From positions 320,001-384,000 of the forward strand of contig CAVZDU010000003.1 of the NCBI GenBank assembly GCA_963774265.1: DNA of 64,000 nucleotides, given 5' to 3'. Position numbers and translations under genes: made by a program. Positions 57,839 to 64,000 of this stretch are shown here, piece after piece; within the stretch, counting starts at the first letter, position 1; each line of letters opens with the position of its first letter. Origin of the DNA: an uncultured Chloroflexia bacterium (lineage in GTDB: Bacteria; Chloroflexota; Anaerolineae; CG2-30-64-16). The notes under the pieces are model-generated. The model saw only the letters and a program-made list of their open reading frames with translations, did not search any database and was not told where the DNA came from.

Positions 57839-58802
57839 TCACTGGCGCAGCGTCTCACTGAAGAAACCCACCAACCGCCGCTCGAACTCCTCCGGGTATA
57901 GTGCCGGCGTCTGGAGATGCTCGCTCCGCTCCGGAAACCAGGCCTGCACCTTCACCCCGGCTGCCAAGGCGGCGCCGGCGAGCTCTTGGCTCTGGCTGAT
58001 GCTGATTCGGCGATCGCCGTGGCTGTGCACGATGTAGACCGGGCGATCCCCGACATCGCTGATGGCCTCGATCGGCGTGTGCGCCATGACATCCTCGCCG
58101 CTCACGAGTCGAAAAACTACAGCGGCCGGCTGCGCCATGAACCCCGGCAAACCATAGCCAGACAGCTCGTCGGCGACGACCGCCAGCAGGCTGGCGAAGG
58201 TGCCCTCCAGAAAGAGGGCGGCCATGCGCGATTCATCGTGAAAGGCATATAGCGCGGTCGCCCCGCCCATGGAGACGCCCAGGAGCCCGACCCGCCCCGG
58301 CGCGTAGCCCTTGGCTGTCACCAGCCAGTCCCAAGCCCCTAACACGTCCAGCGATTCCTTGTTGCCCACCGATGTCCAGCCATCCTCGGGGTCGGAGTCA
58401 CCCACATCCCGCACATCGATGAGCAGTACGTTGAAGCCGTTGCGCCAAAGCATGCCCGCCGGAACCAGCACGTCGATAGCGTTCTTGCAGCCGCCCAGGC
58501 CGTGCACCAGGATTACGGCGGGCGCGTCCGGCTTCGCCTCGGCCCAGAAGCCCGCGATGTTGATCCCGGACTGCCGGCTGGGGAAGCGCACCGTCTCGTA
58601 GGGTGAGATGGCATAGGCCGACAGGTCGATGGGTGGCCAATGATCGTCGAATAGAATCTTGTCAGGCCGGTTGGCCACATGCTCGCCGCACGAGCCGCGG
58701 ACATTGCCGATGACAAGGTAGCACGAGAGGCCGATCCCGAAGTAGGCTACGATCAGGAAACGCGGCGACGCCGATCAGGATGTTGCGGGTTCTGCGCTTC
58801 AT
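57839..58802 (-). CDS. Membrane-anchored alpha/beta hydrolase; frameshift near 58758
   Basis: LVHG, GVSMGG nucleophile, HSHGD, SEH; N-terminal MKRRTRNILIGVAA joins the ORF if one T is removed. Confidence 0.85.
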
Positions 58803-58816
58803 GAGCCTCTTCCCTT

Positions 58817-59593
58817 TTACTCACCTTGCGCTGACCTGAGTATCTTGCAGCCTTCAGCGACCGTGATAACCCGGACGTCGTTCGACTTCAGCCACTGCAG
58901 AACCTGCTCGAAGAACGCCTCGGTGATCGCGTTCCCCTTCTCTGCAGGGTTCGCGCCGGGAGCCGGCTCACCAACATCATGGAACGTCAGAATGGTCCAA
59001 GCGCCCGGTGCAATCATCCTGGCTACATCGTCGAGGGAGTTTGTAGCCCGGACGGTGAAATCCTTGAGCAGATACGGGTCGGTCTTGCCGGTGTTGGCGC
59101 CGATGTCCTGGGTCGAAGCGCAGGCATAGTACTTCTTGATGACGTCAATCGCCACCCGGCTGTAGTTGCCATAGGGATAGACGAAGGTCGTGACTGTGAA
59201 ACCGCGATCGGTCAAAGCGCGGTAGTTCGCGGCGATCTCCTCCTCGTATTCCTGCATTGAGGCGAGGTCACGAAGATCTGAGTGAGACAGGGTGTGCCCG
59301 CCGATTTCCATCAACTGGCTGACGCCGCGGACGTCGTCCCAGGTCATGTAGCCCTCCTGTTCCATGGATTCGCTGATGATGTAGATCGAGCCGGGGACGT
59401 CGTACTGGGCCAGCAGCCTGGCGGCATTCAACTGAGACTTCCAGCCGTCATCGAATCTCAGGCTCACGTAGGTGCTGCCATCACCGAAGGTGCCGCCTGG
59501 AGGAGGCGTGCCCAGCCAGCCATACTGGAACATGGCGAGCAGTGCAGCAACCGCGACGAGTGCCAGGATCACGAAGATCGTCCGTCTCTTCAT
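58817..59593 (-). CDS. Polysaccharide deacetylase (CE4/NodB-like)
   Basis: RFDDG, GHTLSH, FVYPYG, LTFH; N-terminal anchor. Confidence 0.85.
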   Translation of the reverse strand: MKRRTIFVILALVAVAALLAMFQYGWLGTPPPGGTFGDGSTYVSLRFDDGWKSQLNAARLLAQYDVPGSIYIISESMEQEGYMTWDDVRGVSQLMEIGGHTLSHSDLRDLASMQEYEEEIAANYRALTDRGFTVTTFVYPYGNYSRVAIDVIKKYYACASTQDIGANTGKTDPYLLKDFTVRATNSLDDVARMIAPGAWTILTFHDVGEPAPGANPAEKGNAITEAFFEQVLQWLKSNDVRVITVAEGCKILRSAQGE

Positions 59594-60165
59594 TCTGATC
59601 TCAATGCGCTGATCATGTAGAGGATCAATGCCGCGAAGATGTAGGCGAAGAGCAGGCCGAATACGGATGTGTCGATCACCAGGTTGACGATGCTCTGCAG
59701 GGGGTCTCCCCACGGCGGCGCCACCACCAGGATGGCGTAACGCAGACCAAGGAAGAGGGCCAGAATGCCGAAAGCGATCAGGAACCCTCTCGGTGGCGGG
59801 TACTTTCGATCCTTCTGCGCGGTGTAGCGGAGGATCGTGACCAGGAAGGTGCCGAACGCGACAACCGATAGGATGATGGAGTAGAAGGTCGATGGCATCG
59901 GCGGCAGGCGCTCAGCGGTGTGCACGACGGCGATGTTACCTCCGAAGAAGACGTAGTAGACAAAAGCCACGGCGGTGAGGCACCAGATGAAGAGGTGGAA
60001 AAAAGTCTCGACGAACGTGTTCTTGGCCCAGAAGGAGACCTTCAGCCGCCTGGCCGTATCGTGCCGTCGCAGCAGCAGAAACAGCATCGAGAACGAAACG
60101 GTCCACATGATGATGCCGTTTAGGTCGCGCGGCAAGATGCGCGAGGTCCAGTCCGGTGTGCCCAT
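59590..60165 (-). CDS. Hypothetical integral membrane protein
   Basis: About 5 hydrophobic helices; GGAGGG SD; ATGA overlap with the next gene. Confidence 0.65.
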   Translation of the reverse strand: MGTPDWTSRILPRDLNGIIMWTVSFSMLFLLLRRHDTARRLKVSFWAKNTFVETFFHLFIWCLTAVAFVYYVFFGGNIAVVHTAERLPPMPSTFYSIILSVVAFGTFLVTILRYTAQKDRKYPPPRGFLIAFGILALFLGLRYAILVVAPPWGDPLQSIVNLVIDTSVFGLLFAYIFAALILYMISALRSE

Positions 60166-60341
60166 TGCCCCTCCCTCGCGAGCCTACTCACGGGAAATCG
60201 ACCGTTGCATTATATCATAACGGCGCAAGCCCTATGCGGGCCGCCTGGCTCGAATCTCCAATCGGGAATGTTGTTATTCCTCTGAAATGGACCTAAAATA
60301 GACAGCCGTTGCGCTTTTTCGGGGGAATTGCGGCTACTCTC

Positions 60342-61049
60342 ATGACAACCTCACTCAACCGGGCGCCATCACGCAGGCGCGAGTTTTTGGGCGGGATCCG
60401 GGACGAGGCGCCCATCCTTCTGGGCGTCGCACCCTTTGGCGTCATCTTCGGCGCGCTCGCGATGTCCGCGCACCTCTCAGCCGTCGTAGCGCAGGCCATG
60501 TCCTCGGTGATCTTCGCCGGCTCCGCGCAATTCATCGCTGCGCAGCTCTTCGCGGGGTCCGCATCGGGGTTGGTGATCGTGGCGGTCGTGTTCGTGGTCA
60601 ACCTGCGCCACGCACTTTACAGCGCATCCGTGGCGCCGCATGTGAAGCACCTGGGGCCCGCGTGGAAGGCGGTCCTGGCGTATCTGCTCACGGATGAGGC
60701 CTATGTGGTCGTCATCACGCATTACAACCAGCCTGGGGACGCCAGCCGGAGGCACTGGTATTTCCTTGGCGCCGGCTTGACCCTGTGGTCGTGCTGGCAG
60801 GTCAGCACCGCGGTGGGCATCCTGGTCGGGTCTCGCATCCCCGATGACTGGCCGTTGGGATTCGTGCTGCCCCTCACGTTCATCGCACTGGTGGTCCCCA
60901 CGCTCCGGGAGCGCTCCACGATTATCGCTGCGCTCGTGGCGGGCCTGGTCGGCGCGCTGACGATGGGTTTCCCACTGAAGACCGGCCTGTTGGTTGCCGC
61001 GCTGGTTGGGATCGTCACCGGCCTGCTTGTCGAGAGGGCGCGCCAATGA
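60342..61049 (+). CDS. azlC: AzlC-family branched-chain amino acid permease
   Basis: PFGVIFG, FAGSAQF, NLRHALY, LTDEAY. Confidence 0.92.
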   Translation: MTTSLNRAPSRRREFLGGIRDEAPILLGVAPFGVIFGALAMSAHLSAVVAQAMSSVIFAGSAQFIAAQLFAGSASGLVIVAVVFVVNLRHALYSASVAPHVKHLGPAWKAVLAYLLTDEAYVVVITHYNQPGDASRRHWYFLGAGLTLWSCWQVSTAVGILVGSRIPDDWPLGFVLPLTFIALVVPTLRERSTIIAALVAGLVGALTMGFPLKTGLLVAALVGIVTGLLVERARQ

Positions 61050-61369
61050 ACACCTGGCTCACCATCTTCGCTGCGGGTTTTCTGACCTTCGCCATCCGCC
61101 TGTCATTCATCTATCTGCTGGGCCGGATGACCGCGCCCGCGTGGTTTATGCGGGCGCTGCGCTACGTGCCGGCGGCGGTCCTGTCCGCGATCATCGTCCC
61201 GGAAACCATCACCTGGCAGGGCGCGGTGACCCTCTCCTGGCGCAACCCGCAGATATGGGCGGCCGCGGTGGCGATCCTCGTCGCGCTGCGCGTGAAGAAT
61301 GTCCTCCTCATCATCGGCTCAGGCATGGCCGCGCTGCTCCTGTTCCGGTGGCTGCTCGGCGCGATCTAG
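61046..61369 (+). CDS. azlD: AzlD-family protein
   Basis: TFAIRLSF, LRYVPAAVLSA; overlaps azlC. Confidence 0.88.
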   Translation: MNTWLTIFAAGFLTFAIRLSFIYLLGRMTAPAWFMRALRYVPAAVLSAIIVPETITWQGAVTLSWRNPQIWAAAVAILVALRVKNVLLIIGSGMAALLLFRWLLGAI

Positions 61370-61479
61370 ACGCTTGATGCATATTGACACCGTCCGGGTG
61401 GTTCAAATGATGAGAGTGGCCAAGGCCAAGGCCGGACGGCCGAGGCGCCGATCGAGCAGCAAGCCGCCGGTGTGAGTGG

Positions 61480-61938
61480 CTATCTTGGCTCCAGTGCGTG
61501 TTCGATATCCTTTGCGCGATGGTAGCTGGAGTGACCGTCAAGATCAAAGGGCCATTCCGGTCGGCGCTCCCTGTCACTGAACCATGCTTCAGGTGCATCT
61601 TGAAGCGCAGCCAGTACATCCTCCTGAACTTGCCTGTGCCAAGCTAAAACCTCCTGTGGGGAGCGATCTCGCCAACGCTCGTAGATGAGGTGGTTCCCAT
61701 CCGTCCAACTGAGACCTTTCTCCTCTACCGGTATAGGTTGGTTCTTGATTTTTCTGACCACGTCAGCCTTCCAATGGGTAATATGCGCTAGTGCATCTTT
61801 CACTGTCCAAGGGTCTTTGGTCTCGGGTCTGGTTAGCAATCTATTCCAATCCTCATCGGTAAGGTTGTTAACCAGACGATCCAGACGTTCGAACTCCCGA
61901 ATAGTGCGCTTGATTACTTCCTCGCGAGTATGACGCAT
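61480..61938 (-). CDS. DinB/MDMPI-like four-helix bundle protein (low GC)
   Basis: WTVKDALAHITHW, GHSSYH; AGGAGG SD. Confidence 0.8.
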   Translation of the reverse strand: MRHTREEVIKRTIREFERLDRLVNNLTDEDWNRLLTRPETKDPWTVKDALAHITHWKADVVRKIKNQPIPVEEKGLSWTDGNHLIYERWRDRSPQEVLAWHRQVQEDVLAALQDAPEAWFSDRERRPEWPFDLDGHSSYHRAKDIEHALEPR

Positions 61939-61958
61939 AAAAACGAACCTCCTGCATA

Positions 61959-62008
61959 TTTCAACCCTACTTGAGCTCCGGCGGTCGGCCTGCAAGCCCA
62001 GGTTAGGC
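61959..62008 (-). other. attC-like (integron cassette) recombination site, degenerate
   Basis: GCCTAAC-ctggg-CTTGCAG-gccgaccgccggag-CTCAAG-tagg-GTTGAAAT directly upstream of the DinB-like gene. Confidence 0.4.
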
Positions 62009-62054
62009 ACCGCCCTGGCCCCGCGCTCGGAACGAGACCTGCCGCCCATGATGG

Positions 62055-63290
62055 CGAACCGTGTGCCGTGGTCGCGCTCTTCCGGCGCTTGGCGCACCCA
62101 AACGGCTCGCGCTGCTGGTCGAAGGGGAGAGCCTCTTCAACGATGGCACGGCCATCGTGGTGTTCAACCTGGTGGTGGCCGCGGCCTCACCGGCGCCTTC
62201 CATCCGGTCGCTGGGATGCCTGGACTTCCTGCGCGTCGCGGCCGGCGGGCTGGCGGTCGGTTTCGTCCTGGGCTGGCTGATCGCGCAACTGATCGCCCGA
62301 ATCGATGACTACCTCATCGAGACCACCCTGACCACGGTGCTGCCTTCGGGGCGTACCTGATCGCCGAGCGCCTGCACTTCAGCGGCGTGCTGGCCGTGGT
62401 GGCGGCCGGACTGATCAACGGCAACATCGGTCCCCAGGGGATGAGCCCCACCACCCGCATCGTACTCTTCAACTTCTGGGAGTATGTGGCGTTCCTGGCG
62501 AACTCGTTGGTCTTTCTGCTGATCGGTCTGCAGGTGAATATCCCTTCGCTGGTCGCCAACTGGCAGCCGGTGCTTTGGGCAATCCTGGCGGTGCTCGTCG
62601 CACGCGCGATTGTCACTCTATGGGCTGGGCTGGCTGGGCAACCGGTGACGGAGCCGATCCCCTGGCGGTGGTTGCACGTTCTGAACTGGGGCGGGCTGCG
62701 CGGCGCCATCGCCCTCGCGCTGGCGTTGAGCCTGCCGGCGGCCCTGGGTCCGGATCGCGATCTCAGCTTCGCGTGCTGGCTTTGGGGTCGTGCTCTTCAC
62801 CCTGGTGGTTCAAAGCATGACCATGAAGCCGCTGCTGCGCTGGCTGCGGCATCGCAGTCCGTGATCCGATCCAGATCGAATACGAGACACGCCACGCGCG
62901 GATGCTGGCTTTCCGCGCAGCCGCGATGCACCTGGACCGCATGCAGCGCGAGGGATTCCTATCGGAGCATGCCTGGGAAGTGCTCCGGCCTGAGTTACTG
63001 GAGCGGGTGGACCGGCTGGCGTTGGATGTGCGGGCGCTGCAACGCGTACACCCGGAGCTCGCCGTCAAGGAGCTGGACACCGCGCGCCGCGAGCTGTTGC
63101 GTGCCCAGCGAAGCGCGTTGCGCGGCCTGCAGCGCGACGGGGCTATTTCCGAGGAGGTTTTCGAGGCCCTCGTCACCGAGATTGATGCCGGACTGGACGA
63201 TCAGGACACATCGGCGCCCGCGCGGCCCACAGAGCAGGAGCACACGACGATCTCGCCAGATAGAAACACCGCCACCAGGCGCCTGATCGA
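62055..63290 (+). pseudogene. CPA1/NhaP Na+/H+ antiporter, 5'-truncated with multiple frameshifts; 3' end uncertain
   Basis: VEGESLFNDG, SGVLAVV, FWEY.AFLANS, WGGLRGAI.LALAL, AQRSAL...GAISEE; the first TM helices are absent. Confidence 0.8.
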
Positions 63291-63492
63291 CCCATCGAAT
63301 CGACGCCAGCACAGTAGGCTTCCCCACGGACTACGAAGCTTTAGCTGCAGTATAATACTTCACGAATTATACACGATCGAACAACAAATTTTAAGATTAA
63401 TGTTATCGGCCGCCGACATTTCGATACTCGCGTGATGTGGTGGCTTTTTACTTTGGAGCACGGTCGTGGGGAACGTCAGATGAGGGCCAACC

Positions 63493-64000
63493 AATGAACC
63501 AATACCTTCCGGGTCGGATCAGGCAAGCTGCGATGCTGGCACTCTCCGTTTCGATGCTCGTGGGTTGTACGGCGACCTTCGTTCCTTTGCAGCCCACTGA
63601 CTCTCCCATCCAGGCGACCCTCACCGCGCTGGTGCTCCCTGTGCAGGTGTCAAGGCCGAACACAGGGGAAACGAGCCTGAAGCAGGATGATACGGTGGTC
63701 GTGGGAATCGATGACCGGGTCGGGGTGCCGGAGAGTGGGCATGCGGTAGTGCAGGTCGGCGACCGTTTGGTGGTCGATGTTCTCGCGGGGCGGACTTCAG
63801 CATACCGGAGGTCAGACGTGAGCCAGGCGATGCCATCTTCGCGAGACTGAAGCAGATCAAAGGTCACTCCCACGTCGTGTTGAACGGAAATGCGAACGCG
63901 CGGGTGCGGCTGGAGACCGACTTTGCATCTATCACGACCCTGGAACCCGGGAACGGAATACCTGGTGTGCCACGATCCAACCCTGCTGACCTGCCTCGTC
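63493..64000 (+). CDS. Putative lipoprotein with a FecR-like beta region; frameshifted and running off the window
   Basis: Lipobox LVGC; VGIDDRVGVPESGHAVV; downstream LETDFASITTL..GTE in another frame. Confidence 0.45.

Noticed and set aside
63300-63492. AT-rich stretch with VVAFYFGARS as a holin-like gene remnant
   Set aside because: No consistent open frame or start; better explained as an intergenic promoter region (TATAAT at 63351)
1-64000. tRNA, rRNA, prophage or integrase
   Set aside because: No cloverleaf, rRNA signature, phage structural gene or tyrosine/serine recombinase was recognised

Overview
A GC-rich chromosomal window made up mostly of housekeeping genes. The gene repertoire and repeat style suggest a Chloroflexota (Anaerolineae-like) bacterium, but that is inference. 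From left to right it carries: ccmABCD, an apparently circularly permuted ccdA and a DUF2085-like gene; rpsT; an atypical OmpR-type regulator; a GT2 plus a YfhO/flippase fusion; a eukaryote-type tandem PFK; a muropeptide-recycling cluster; a four-gene operon of degenerate helicase, UvrD helicase, Fe-S PD-(D/E)XK nuclease and RecJ; split LKR/SDH saccharopine genes; a membrane CHAT-TPR protein; a GH13 enzyme; an ABC operon interrupted by an intact IS630 element; an SH3-L,D-transpeptidase; rplU-rpmA-rpmE-tdk; a T-box (AUC/Ile specifier) alaX-EEP-ileS operon followed by dksA-lspA-rluD; a copB cluster; azlCD; a low-GC DinB-like gene behind an attC-like site; and a truncated Na+/H+ antiporter. Several genes have single-base frameshifts, mostly in short homopolymer runs, which are most likely long-read errors. 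The best candidates for an undescribed system are the split helicase-helicase-nuclease-RecJ resection operon and the Ile T-box-controlled variant AlaX (DGGTH) upstream of ileS. Also notable are the permuted CcdA and REP-like palindromes inserted in frame inside proteins and inside the riboswitch. No CRISPR array, tRNA or rRNA was seen. All family assignments come from motif recognition, not database searches.
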